A stretch of 64,000 bases of DNA from Azolla caroliniana (taxonomy: Eukaryota > Plantae > Polypodiophyta), in NCBI GenBank assembly GCA_043228905.1, contig JBHGNT010000022.1, forward strand, positions 124,001 to 188,000, given 5' to 3'. The notes below the pieces were generated by a model. The model had not been told where the DNA came from. It made no database searches and saw only the letters and a program-made list of their open reading frames with translations. The translations under genes were made by a program, and so were the position numbers. Positions 25,149 through 36,684 of this stretch are shown in pieces (position 1 is the first letter of the stretch; every line of letters starts with the position of its first letter).

Positions 25149-28100
25149 GATGTCAATTTACGACTTGCATAGTATACTGGCCTGTACCAGTTTGGTTCGG
25201 TGAGTTGCATTAGCGCGCTTCCTATTGCTATGTCCGAGGCGTCTACGAACATGTGGAATGGCTTCGTCCAAACTGGTGGCTGTACGATGGGTGCCTGTGT
25301 GAGTATTATCTTGAGCGCCTCATAGGCCTTGTCCTCCGTTGCAGTCCATTGGAAGGGAGTTTGATGCACGGCGGCATGTAACGGCGTGGCGAAGTCCACC
25401 AAGTATTGTATCATCCGACTATGCCATCATATTTGTCCTAAAAACCGGTTGAGTGATTTCGCGTTTGTCGGAGTTTTGGCTTGAGTAATCACGGAGATCT
25501 TGTTTGGATCAACCACTATTCCATCCTTGCTGACTATATGGCCTAGGAGAGTCCCGCTGGTCACGCCGAAGGCATATTTCACGGGATTCAGGCTGAAGCG
25601 TGCGGTGCGGCAACGTTCCAAGCACAGTTGTAGATGCGTAAAATGGTTGGTTTTTTTCCCATATACCGCAAAATATTCTAAAAAAACTTGCATGAATGCT
25701 AGAATATATTCCCCAAAGATCTCCGTGATTGTCTATTGAAATGTTGCCGGCACCGTTTTTAGCCCGAACATCATGACGACTGCCACATAGACTCCCCAAT
25801 CCATGACAAATGCCCTCTTCTCTTGGTCATTCGGAATGCATGCGTACCTGATTATAGCCACTGAAACCATCTAAAAAACTGTACATGTCATGTCCTGCGA
25901 CAATGTCCAGTACGCTATCGGTGAATGGTAACGGGAATGCGTCTGTAATGGTTACGACGTTTAATTTTCAGTAATCCATGCATACTCGTATTTTGCCGTT
26001 TTTCTTTGGAACGACTACTATCGGACTTAACCATGTGGCTTGTTTAACTGGCCGTATGAATCCCGCCTTTAGGAGTTTGTCAATTTCTTCTTTTACGCAG
26101 GTCGCGTAGTTCGGGTTCATGCAGTAGTGGCGCTACTGCACCGGTTTTGCGTCGGTTGCTAAATTGATCTTATGTTGATAGAACTTCAGATCTAACCCCT
26201 TCATGTCTTCATGAGCCTAGGCGAACACATCTTTATATTTCTTGAGTAGTTCGATCATCACGTCTCTCTAGTCCGGCCTTAATTCTTTTGCGATGGAGAG
26301 AAAACGGGGTTCTAACACCATACCCACGTTTACTTCTTCCAGGGCGGAGGCGGTGACGCATCGTGAAATTTCCATTTCCCTCTCGAATACTGTGCGTGCT
26401 TTGCTTAGTTCCAAGATTGACTCCGGGTTTGGTTCGTAAGCCTCGTCGTGGAGAATAGTGGTCGTGGCATATTCTACCGCGGTTGCGATGACGTCAATTT
26501 CGAACAATGGAATAATCCGAGGGTGCTCGTCTAGGTATGCCTCTATTTTTGCATCATCCACCACGGCCAACATATTTATATCTTCCGCGTATAATGGTGT
26601 TATACCCTTGGATTGTGTCGCCCTTTCCTCCGTAGGTACGTGAACCTTGGTGCGTCCGTGTCGGAAACTGATACACTTGTGTTGCCAGCTCTGCTTGATA
26701 TTCGCTATACGAAGCCACGGTGTGCCCAACAGCATAGGGTATGCCCCTGGGGCGTCCAGGGTGAGGACTACCGCCAAGATGTCGAAGCGATGTCCTCCCA
26801 CGATAATGCCGACCTTGTGTATCAACCCCAATGGTTGTACTGAGCAGGTATCTTCCATACGGAGCCAGAACGGGCAAGCCTCCCATTCTGAAATGCTTAA
26901 CTGCTCGCATGTTTTCGCGCTAATTACATTAACGCCCAAGCCGCCATCGATTACGTACCCTGGGATTTCCTGACTGTGTAATATCAATGTAATAGCCGGG
27001 TTGTGGTGATCCACTAGAGACGGTCCGTCGCTAATGTCCGTGAGATTCGTAGCAACACACACCCCGGGTATGCCCATCACCTGTTCTTCCATGGTTTGGC
27101 GGAAGCATGGGACTAGTTGCAACAGCTTCTCCATGGTTAACGTTATCTCGCAGCCTGCCAGTGCTTGCCAAATGGGGTTCGAGGCTGGTCCTTCGTCCTC
27201 CACTAGCCCCATTGTGTTCGCGGACTCCTTCCGCATGCGTTCCGTATTTGTCGCGTTTGCTTTTTCAACCCATGCCTGGGCTTGTCGTCGTATCTCATCT
27301 TGCGCGGCCCAATCAACCATTTTCGTTTGTTGGCGTGTCATGACTTGCTGCACTTCCACCATAATCGTATTGATGACAGGCCCCTTGCCCTTGCGTACTG
27401 GGTATTGCGTGGCATAATGTCCGGGTTGCTGACAAACAAAACAATGGATGCTCGATTCGCCCTTCTCGGCGCCTGGTGGTGTGTGCCGATCCCCCGGCGC
27501 GACTTGCTCCTCACGGTCCAGCCTCGTTTGTCGGAGCATACGCAGTGGTTATTGTTGGCCCCGGCGTGGTTCTTGGTGCCGCTGATCGTCTGAGCTTTCT
27601 TCATATCGTCGGTGGTCCCGATATTGTCGATGCTTTCCATGAGATCCATTGAAGCTGCCACGTTTGTTTGTTGGCCGGTGATTCTCATAGCGCCAACCCC
27701 CTTTAGCATATCGAGGGGGACCACGGTAGTCCTCATCCTTTGGCTTGTATTCCTCGGAATCGTTGTGATTCTGGTGATTCCGGTAGTGTCGGTCGTCATG
27801 TGGGTTGCGATCCATATACTGTGGTCGGTCTTCTTGCCTCCTTTGTTCAGGACGGCGTGGGGGACGTTGTGTGTCCATGCTGCATACTGTGGGAGCGGCT
27901 CTGTTCAGCATATTGTATTCGCACTGTTCGACTGTGTGAGCCTTCGAGTGACAGATTGGGCAGTGGATTCACATGTTGCACTCCACTACGGAATGTCCCG
28001 AGTTCAAGAAAATCATGCACTGGATTGCTTGATGAAACTATCGTTCCTCGTCCAGAGGTAACGCTTGTCATAATGAGGACATAGAAAACCTTTCCTCTTC

Positions 28101-28892
28101 GTCGTCCAGCTTGAGCTGTAACGCTCGTTCGATGACCATATCCACCGTCTCCCCTTTCACGCTATTGTTGTTGAGCATTTTCCGTATGGGTCGGCATAAT
28201 GCCGCCAGAAATGTATCCCGAGCTTTGTCCTCCGCGGAGCCCTGTTCTAGTTTTCGCCGTAAATTTTGGAAATGTAAGCTGAAGTCTGTGATCGTCTCGG
28301 TCGGTAGCTGCTTAATTGTGTAGAACTGTCCGACGATTTCGCGTTGTGGAACCCTCCGATAGAAGAACCGCAAAAAGGCGGACTGCAGCTGGTCAAAGGT
28401 CGTGATTGATGGCAGATCTATCTGTGAATGCCAAAATGCAGCTCGCCCATCCAATGTTAACCTGAACTCCGTCATTTTGGACTGGTGCGCTACCGCCTCA
28501 GAAAGGCTCTGCGCCATGTGGTTTGCATTCCAGACATTGAGGAACAGGCGAATGTGAGTTGTGGCGTCGGTTTCGCCGTTAAAGCGAGGATAGGCAAAGG
28601 CCATGCTGGGGGCTACGACGGGCCGGGAAAGACCACAATGTTGTTGTGGTGAGCGTGCTCCCCGCGTATCCTCGAGGTATTTAGAGAGCAAGAAATCACA
28701 TTTGTGATCACGATAGGTAGTGTTGAGGTCGCTGAGGCGAGGCTTCTGTTGTGCGTGTTCCTCTGTCTGGCGTGTGATGGACCTTGTGACTGGCCGATCT
28801 GGTTGTGTTGGTTCTCTGGGGCGTCTGTGGCTAAACATCCATTCGTTGTTGTTCGTCTGTGAGAAGACACAGATCACCAAGCGTGCCAAAAG

Positions 28893-29337
28893 TGTTACCG
28901 ACTAGGAACACGGTCTATGGTCAGTCCTTCGACCTAGACCTCCAAGTAACTATGTGACAACGAATGGTAGCGTATGTGCGTAATACTTGGTGGGATATTC
29001 CCCATAACTTAGCAGCGTATAAGGGAGACGACTACAACCGAGCTATTTTGACAGTGGGCTCACACACACACCGTTACTTACTCCTACACTCTCAGGTGTT
29101 ATAGACACACAGTAGATTAGCCGTAGCTACAGATATCAGAGAAGATAGAACTCTATTACGATACGCCTCTTACAATCAAAATTACACGCTCCCTCTATCA
29201 GAGGTTTTCTGCCCTTTATATATGCAGGGTCTTTTAGCCGTTCAAGCTTCCCGCGTGAACTGTTACATGCATTGCAATATTATACTATTCTGTATTCCTG
29301 CGCTCTTGTCTGTCGGTTACTATTCCGGTGGACAACA
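28893..29337 (-). repeat. 5' LTR of element B
   Basis: Pairs with 2103-2551; adjacent to the TGGCACGC PBS. Confidence 0.93.
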
Positions 29338-32300
29338 CCATGGCACATGGTCAATCGTGAAGAGAACCATCGGCTCCACTATCTTCGGATCAACGCACCC
29401 TATCTCCTTCGATGTGAATGAAAATGCTTTCCCATGTTGTTCCAACATCCCACAGAATCGTTCTTCTTCATTTTGTAAAAGGAAACCACCTCCACCCATC
29501 CGAAGTTTCTTCCGGGTCTCATCCGTGAAGGCATGTTTGATATCCACGGACTTCTGAAGTATCGGATCTCCCGAGATTTCTTTCCTCTTTTGCTCGTTAT
29601 CAGCGGGTAACGGTCCCGCAGCCGGTTTCACTTTCTTCTCCACGGTCTTGTATTTCATACTTACCATTGCTTCTTCTTTGTGGAGCGCATTCGGCCCCAT
29701 TTTCGCAATGATTTCGTACATCTTGATCGATTCCACCGGGACTACCCGGTCTCCTTGGCTTTTATCCTCCACAAGTTCTTCAAGCCGTTGTAGCGTGGTC
29801 CCATAGAACACTTCTTCGACTACCGCCACGATTTCTTCGTCTTCTTTTATTATTGATGCCGACCGCAACTTATCCTCTACTTTTCGGTATTCTTTCTTCT
29901 TTCCTCCGGTTACGGCCGTGTACGTAGATGCCCCATCCGGACTGATTCGTACTTGTTTTGCTCCGAGAGTTTTCTTCCTGTGTGGGGTATCAGGGCTTCT
30001 CGGACTATCACTTCCCCACTTCGCAACAATCCACTCTAAAAATCCATCCTTGTTTGGGACAAGAGCTCTCTCTTGTTCCTTTCATGATTTAACGACACAG
30101 TTAGGATTTTGACGGATTTCCCTCCACTTTGACTTTGAATTCGTGCAAAAGCCACACCGCTATCGAGCACCTTTGTCTCTTTCCATGAAGCCGTGATAAA
30201 GGGTTGCCCAAGAATCACGGAATGTGAGACCTCGTCTTGTACGAAGAAATTTTGGTCGATCTCGACATCCCCGATCTTCACCGTCACGTCCGGACAAGCT
30301 ACAAATAGATCTTTCGTCACTTTAGTGGCTGACCAGATCTTCCACCCATGGTTAGTGTTAATAGGCCACTTCCCCTTCCGATAGAACTCCTTGGACATCA
30401 AATTGATCTCCGATCCGTGATCAATCAATGCTAGCATGGGCTCTTTGATGTTGCCGATTCGGACCGGAGTCTCCGTAGTTGCACGTGCATAGTGTGGCCT
30501 TGTGTAGTGGGAGTTAAGAATTTTGTCCTCCACTTCGGTGTCATTCATTAAAACCATGTTTGCATTTACCCTTGGAGTGTTCTCCTCCCTACTTTGTCTT
30601 TTTCTCTTCCCTAGATCCACAAGAAGATCGTGCAACTCCTTCTTCGCTATTCCGAGTAATTCCCGAAGCGAAAATTCTACCCGACTATCGAGGATTCTCT
30701 CCTCGAACACCTTTTTCAAGTCTATTTGTTGTTCTATGTCCGTGGCGAGCTTGAATGCCAGAATCGTCTTTTCTTTTCCCTTCCCTCCGGAGTTCCAGCT
30801 TTCCGGTGTCTTTGATGGTCTAGCCGCTTCATTCGTGCACCGTCGTTTCTCGTCTACATACACTTCATGCAATTGGAATAAGGCATACACGCTATTCTTA
30901 TTGACGGGACACTCCCATCCCCTAGCTTCACGGATGCCTTCCGCGGTGCTTCGGATCTCATTGGAGTCGGTCTTCTCGGGGTTTTCTAGCACATTCGGCC
31001 AAAAAGACGCCTTTGCTCCCAATGACTCACCCACACTTATTCCCGCAGTTGTCGCATAATTACCTTTCGTTGCTATTTCCTCCTCGAGGATGTTCTTCAT
31101 GCCGCTGTCGTGATGTGGCGTGCTTGAGTGTGGGAAAAACCGACGAAAGGGGAGTTAAAATGTGCATGTGCAATGTGTGTGCACACAAAGGAAACTAGTT
31201 GTGCACATACAAAAGAAAAGGGAAAAGGAAGGGTGAAAAGGAGGTATAGGGTTTGGTGTAAAAAGTAAGAGAGAGGAGAGGTAAAAAGTAAGGAGGAGAG
31301 AGAGTATGGTTTTCTAGATGTTTACTTATTATATAAATAATAGGGAGTGAAAGGGCTAGTGGATAGATGTATTATCCCCTAACTTAAGGTACATGGTTCG
31401 GGTCCAAGTAGAGGGTGTAGTGTGATTTAAGGAATTTTATTCCGTTTGTATTGAAGGGACGACGTGGGGAACTCTTTCCTTTTTTAGCTATAAAAAAAGG
31501 TCGAGAGGGGCTCATGAGGGTCGGCCATTTTTGGGGTTTGAGAGGTAGTTAGGGTTTGAGGAATTATCTTCTTCTCTTCAATTTCTAGGGTTTTCTAGAG
31601 TTTGGGGGATGGCACCATTAGGGTTTCGGTTTAGGGTTTTCTTGTTTACTTAGATCTCTACCTTCTCTTGGGTTTAGGGGAATGAGTTCTTTCTCGTCTT
31701 CTTCTAGCTAGGGTTTAAGGTTTCAATACTTCTTCTTTTCTTGCTCATTTGTTCTTATGGGTTCTTGATCTCTCTCATTCACATTCTCATCTTGAGGTGT
31801 GTCTGTGGCCTTGTCATGGTGTTGGTGCTTGTGAGCCCGAGGCTTGTTGGTCCGGCGTACCTTCACTCCATTCGTTGTTGCGAACCCGTGTGCTCGCCAT
31901 TCGGGTGGTTCTTGGTCCATGGTGTTGGTGCCCGCGTTCGTCGTCGCGAGTCCGTGAGCTCGCCGTTCGCGGTACATGGTTCTCGGTTCATGTGGTGTGC
32001 TCATGCTCTCATTGTGTTCGAGATTATGCTTGGTGTGCTCGTGTTTCGTGGTCATCGTCGTCACGAATTCCCATTTCCGTCCCTCTCCATTGTAATCAAA
32101 CCCTGTTTTATAAAGGGCTTTCACTTTGAGATGGTCACCATTTTGTTGTTTTGGGTAGACCATTAGGGTTTCATTCTTCTCCTACTTTACTATTCGGTTA
32201 GGGTTTTGTCTAGTTATGCTTGAGCAGGCATATATGGCCGCGATTGTAAATCATTGTGTGTCTTGGTAATGGAATTTGCTTGGTGAAACTTGGCTCGGTC

Positions 32301-33367
32301 TAGCCCATTCTCTTGTCAATCTTCGCGCCTTGTTCTTCCTCTTTTGTGCTTGAAAGCTCGTAAGGGTTAAGCTCCCAATTCCCATCTTACTCCCTAGTTC
32401 AAGACCCCAGTGGTCCCGCCTAATCTTACATGCACGCGCGGATTTCCGCGACACCACCTTTCTGGAAGTTCGGTTGGAGTGGCTTGTGAGAGTCCATCGA
32501 ATGGATCCGATTTCCCTCGTAGTAGATAAGATCTCGTCGTAACGCCTCCTTGTGCTCATCGCAATCCCTCCGATCATGTTTGGTGCTATCACACCATATA
32601 CATCGACAGTCCATATACTTGGAACTTGTGGGACGGTCATCTGACTTCTTCACCTTCACGATTTTTAGATTCTCCATCTCCTTTAGCAACTGCTCCACCG
32701 TGGTTGCGTCGATTCCCTTCTTGGTCGTAGTCTCTTGAGCCCGCGGTTGATGGTCTTCTAGTCCGGATGTTGGTTTCGGAATCGGTTCTGAAACCCTCTT
32801 TTCTTCGTTAGCAAGTCATTGCCCCCTCTTCGTGTATTGTGCGACGATATCCCGCACGCTTTCCCATGTTTCGGTGAGGCCACTCTTAGTGGTCGTGTCC
32901 TCAAAAAGCACTCCAAGATCTTTCCGGTCCCAGATGTCCATGGCTCGTAGGAACATGATCACTTTGTTCGGTGCGAAGATAGCTTGATCTGTCGCAGACA
33001 AACTCCCGAATTGACTTTCCAATGATGAAAACACATCGAGGACCTTCATCCCCTTATCCGGTGTTTCCACCCAATCTTCGAATCACCTCCTCGTTGCCTT
33101 GGAGGAGTCCTCGATGGCGAATGTGGTCTTTAACGCCTCTTCAAATGCCTCCCACATCGGATTTTGCTGCCGTATCCCATGGATACTCCCTTGAAGCCCG
33201 TCAGTCGCCACCCGGTTGAAGGATGCCACTTGCAGTCCTTCCGAAATCCCGCACCGTAGCATTTCCGCCTTGTAATCTCGCAAATTTTGCGAAACGTCTT
33301 TCCCGTTGAATTGCCCGTTCCATTGCACCAACCGCTCTACATCGTGCGTTGTTCTTGTAGCATTCAC
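29338..33367 (-). pseudogene. Element A gag-protease and start of pol
   Basis: ORFs 33083-33367, 32816-33070, 32426-32698 (zinc knuckle), 30036-31100 (PR LIDHGSEINLM) and 29320-29868. Confidence 0.9.
31106..32453 (+). repeat. Long solo LTR (about 1.35 kb) of another Trp-clade family
   Basis: TGTCGTG...CCGCGACA ends; TSD CCGC/CCAC; carries the U5 motif CAAGACCCCAGTGGTCCCGCC shared with the D LTR. Confidence 0.85.
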
Positions 33368-33450
33368 TCAAACATCGCCATCATGTTGTTAGCCTCTGGT
33401 TGAATTTCCATCTCCTTGCCACCCGGTTTCATGTCGGGTTCACCAACTTG

Positions 33451-34440
33451 TGTCGTGCCTTTCGGCTCCGGATCATTGTGTGAGTCGGGTGGGCACCAAT
33501 AAGGTTTTGGACTAGGACAAAGAAGAATACAATATAAGGCTAGTTATGAATAGTTAGAAAGAGAAGTAAGAAATAAAACTTATGAATCCCACATTTTTAG
33601 TGTATTTAGTAAATATTTAGATTGTAAGAAAGAGAATTTTGATGATGAACTCGTGAATCCCACGAATATATTAGATTGATCAATCCTTGTAAAATAATCA
33701 ACAACATCATACATCTTTCTCTCCTCCTTATATAAGGATGGAAGAAGTTAAGCATAACTTCATGCTTTTTCTAAAGTGTTCATGCACACTAAATGTGCAT
33801 GAGTTGCCTTTTTACACTATGCTTTTATTTCCTAAATATAGTGCTCATGCTCGCTAGATGTGCACGAGTAATTTTTTATTGGTGTACATTTTTCTTAAAG
33901 TATTCACGCATTCTAAAAATGCATGACTTACCTTTTAATAAAAGTAGGCGTAAATAAAGGTCTTATACATATTAAATCTATATTTAGAACACTTAGGATA
34001 AGATAGTACAATGGTAAGGTTGGGGTTTGTCTGCATGGAGGTATAGGGTTTGAGTCTTGCCCTATGCATGTAACGATCTTTTCTTTTATTTACAAATTTT
34101 TCTCTCCATCCGGTGAGACAATGTCACCGGCCTTCTTCATCCGGCTCTTGTCAGTTCTTACCGGGTCCTCCTTGCCGGTTCCTCCTTTATCCGGTTCTCA
34201 CCGGTTCTCCCCAGCGGGCCCTCCTTACCCATCCGCTTTGTCCGTTCTCACTGACTCTCACTGGCCTTCTTCATCCGGCTCTTGCCGGTCTGCTTCGTCC
34301 AGTTCTCACCGGGTACTCTTCATCCGGTTCTTACCGACTCTCACCGGCCTTCTTCATCCGGCTCTTGGCGGGTCTGCTTCGTCCCATCCGAAGGGACCAA
34401 AAATCCAATTTTCTCATAGTGTCTGATTTACACTACGATA
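33451..34440 (-). repeat. 5' LTR of element A, with tandem U3 motifs CTCACCGGCCTTCTTCATCCGGCTCTT
   Basis: Homologous to the C LTRs; adjacent PBS. Confidence 0.9.
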
Positions 34441-36672
34441 CCGTATCACAGGCCTCTTGTGGCGTGTCGATCAACGTAGTGTCAGATTATCCTCGGTATG
34501 ATGCACCCTTATCCGTGCTGTACTCCAACACCTCCATCTCCCTTTTCCTTGCGTGGGGAGTGCATCACCAAGTCATCACTGCTGGTCGGCTCTTCATTCA
34601 ACTGGTCATTCGACTCAGCTCTTCATTGGGCCCACTCAGCCGAAATGAGATCGAACTGACTTTTCATGAGTGCCGAAATCTTCTTCTTCTTCTTCCCAAA
34701 TCATATCGGGCTCATTGCCCTCATTCTCAGTGATCGAGAGGTCAAATATGTTCGGGGTCGGGGTCGGGGTCGGGGTCGAAAGAGCATACCAAGATGCCGA
34801 CTCGTCAAATACAATGTCTCGGCTCACTCGAACTTGTTTGGTCCGAGGGTTATAACACTTATACCCCTTCTGTTCATGTGAGTAGCCGACCAGGATACAC
34901 TTTTCCGACTTAGCGTCCAACTTCATTCTCTACTCATCCGGCACATGCACATAGACAATGCTACCGAAACAAGTCGATGTCATATTTGACTTTTTTGTCT
35001 TTGGCAAATAGAGCGTTGCCAACATCATTCGTGTTGAGGATGAACATCCTCCCTTCTCTATGCCCTTGCACGATGATTTGGCCTTCCTCTTTGATGAAGC
35101 ACTCGAGATGGGTGAACTGGACCTGCATCCTTTGGTCGACAATCTGTACGACTAACACCAAGTTCTTTGTGATTTTTGGGACCTGCAATACATTCATAAG
35201 TCTCCCCTTCTGTCCAACATGGCTCTGGGGGACATCACTAACATGTTCGATTGGATGCGAGGTGTCGTCACCAGTTTCGAAGACTCTTGGTTGTTCTTGT
35301 TTTGACATATGATTCGACGCTTCGGAGTCGACATACCACACCTCATTCAATTTCGAGGTGCCCTTGTTCAACGATTTTGCCTTGTGCTTCATCACAAAGG
35401 ATGGCCCCTTTCTGGTTCTCGGTTCTTCCAACCCTTAGGCATAGTGCGACTATTGCGAACTTCCTTGGTTGGCTTTTCCGGTTCCGTATTTGTTCGAATC
35501 GGCCTTCATTTTCCAGCACTCTTTGTCGGTGACCCTTCCGGCCACAATACCAGCATTCCATCTCGGCTTTCTCTTGCCGGTTCCCGATGTTGCCTTGATT
35601 CCCCTTGCTCGCGGAGGGTCCAAAATTTCTTTCGGCATGTCGATTATGCCTTTGATTCTTCTATTGTCGGCCACCACCATTCTTTGCCGATCCACCTCGT
35701 CCTCCACGATCATGGGGCTGATCTGCCTCTATGTACATTATTCGACTATCGGATTGCGTGCTCCTTGACGCACCCATGTGGTTTTCTTTGACCATAGGCA
35801 TCGATTGGAGGTCGAAAAACGACATAGGTTTCTCCCTTGTGCAAATGGTCATCTGAATCGGCGCGTACCTTTGTGCTAGACCACCCAGGCAGGTCTGTAC
35901 CATGCCATCTTTCTCCACTCTCACATTGACGGACGCTAGGGCATCACAAATCTCCTTTATTTTGTTGGTGTAGGCATCACCGTCATATCCCTCTGTCGGA
36001 TGTTGTTGACTTCTTGTCGGAGCTGCAACTTCTGGAACGTGGTACTTGTGGCGAAAATCTTCTTTAGATTTTCCTAGGCCTCCTTCGACATCTTCGCATC
36101 CGTAATGTAGCCCAACATCTGGTCGTGCACGCAGGATGCAAGGCAGTACAAGACTTGGCTTGATCCTTGTTCCCATACCGGAAAACCCTTGTGTGCCGAA
36201 TCTGGTGCTACTTCGTTCACTCTTTCCACATAGCTCCAGTAAACGTGCTCAAGCAGGTACTAGTGCATATTGTAGGAACAAGATGCGTAGTTGCTTCGAT
36301 CGAGCTTTTCAGTTGGAAGTGAGATTGCCATGCTTCTATCCATTTTCTTCTTCTTGTCTATTCGTAATTGGGTGTTAGGGTTTGCCTGTGTTGAACGCTT
36401 GTCGGCAGTAGAGGATTCTCAACCCTCACGCTCTCATACCATGTCAAGATTAGTGTGCGGAAGCTAAAGCAGAGACAACGGATCGACCGGATAGCAACAA
36501 AACATAGAGAATCAATGGAAAACACACAAAGAATATAGAGTACTCGGGAGAGAGCAAAACAAATAGGGAGCAATAGATTAAAAAACAATCTTCATAGGGA
36601 GCAAACAAACAATATTTATAGGGAGCAATAGATTAAAAAACATTGAACCTTTATATCATTCGAGTTCTTACA
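34441..36672 (-). mobile_element. Ty1/Copia 5' part (LTR about 36442-36672, iMet PBS, gag, PR, internally deleted INT); host of element A
   Basis: PBS TGGTATGAGAGC (36441-36430); CWYCGRKGH knuckle; WYVDSEASNHM protease; KLDAKSEKCILVGY. Most of the integrase core is missing near 34970. The far LTR boundary is tentative. Confidence 0.85.
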
Positions 36673-36684
36673 AGCTTAAATTTG

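Larger units (their letters stand above)
23091..28889 (-). pseudogene. Element B gag-pol (gag, zinc knuckle, PR, RT, RH, INT), degraded
   Basis: gag 28068-28889; CFVCQQPGHYA; PR VIDGGLGVNV; RH FVDASD and NYSTTERE; [20 protein letters not shown] and WTGPY. Confidence 0.92.
2103..29337 (-). mobile_element. Ty3/Gypsy element B (tRNA-Arg-type PBS, extra 3' ORF), full length with nested insertions
   Basis: LTR pair 2103-2551 and 28893-29337 (TGTT...AACA). 5-bp TSD CCACG (2098-2102) / CCATG (29338-29342). PBS TGGCACGC at 28888-28874. Confidence 0.93.
1..34440 (-). mobile_element. Ty3/Gypsy element A (non-chromovirus, tRNA-Trp primed); runs off the left edge; interrupted by element B and a solo LTR
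   Basis: 5' LTR 33451-34440 and PBS 33428-33445. gag-PR at 33367-30036, pol start at 30045-29338. pol resumes at 2102-1; the junction TCAGGTTCCACG|GCACATGGTCAATCG matches the uninterrupted paralogue near 8660. Confidence 0.92.

Noticed and set aside
34120-34390. Spaced direct repeats resembling a CRISPR array (also 5500-5700 and 52430-52700)
   Set aside because: They lie inside LTRs, have irregular non-unique spacers, no cas genes are present, and the context is eukaryotic.
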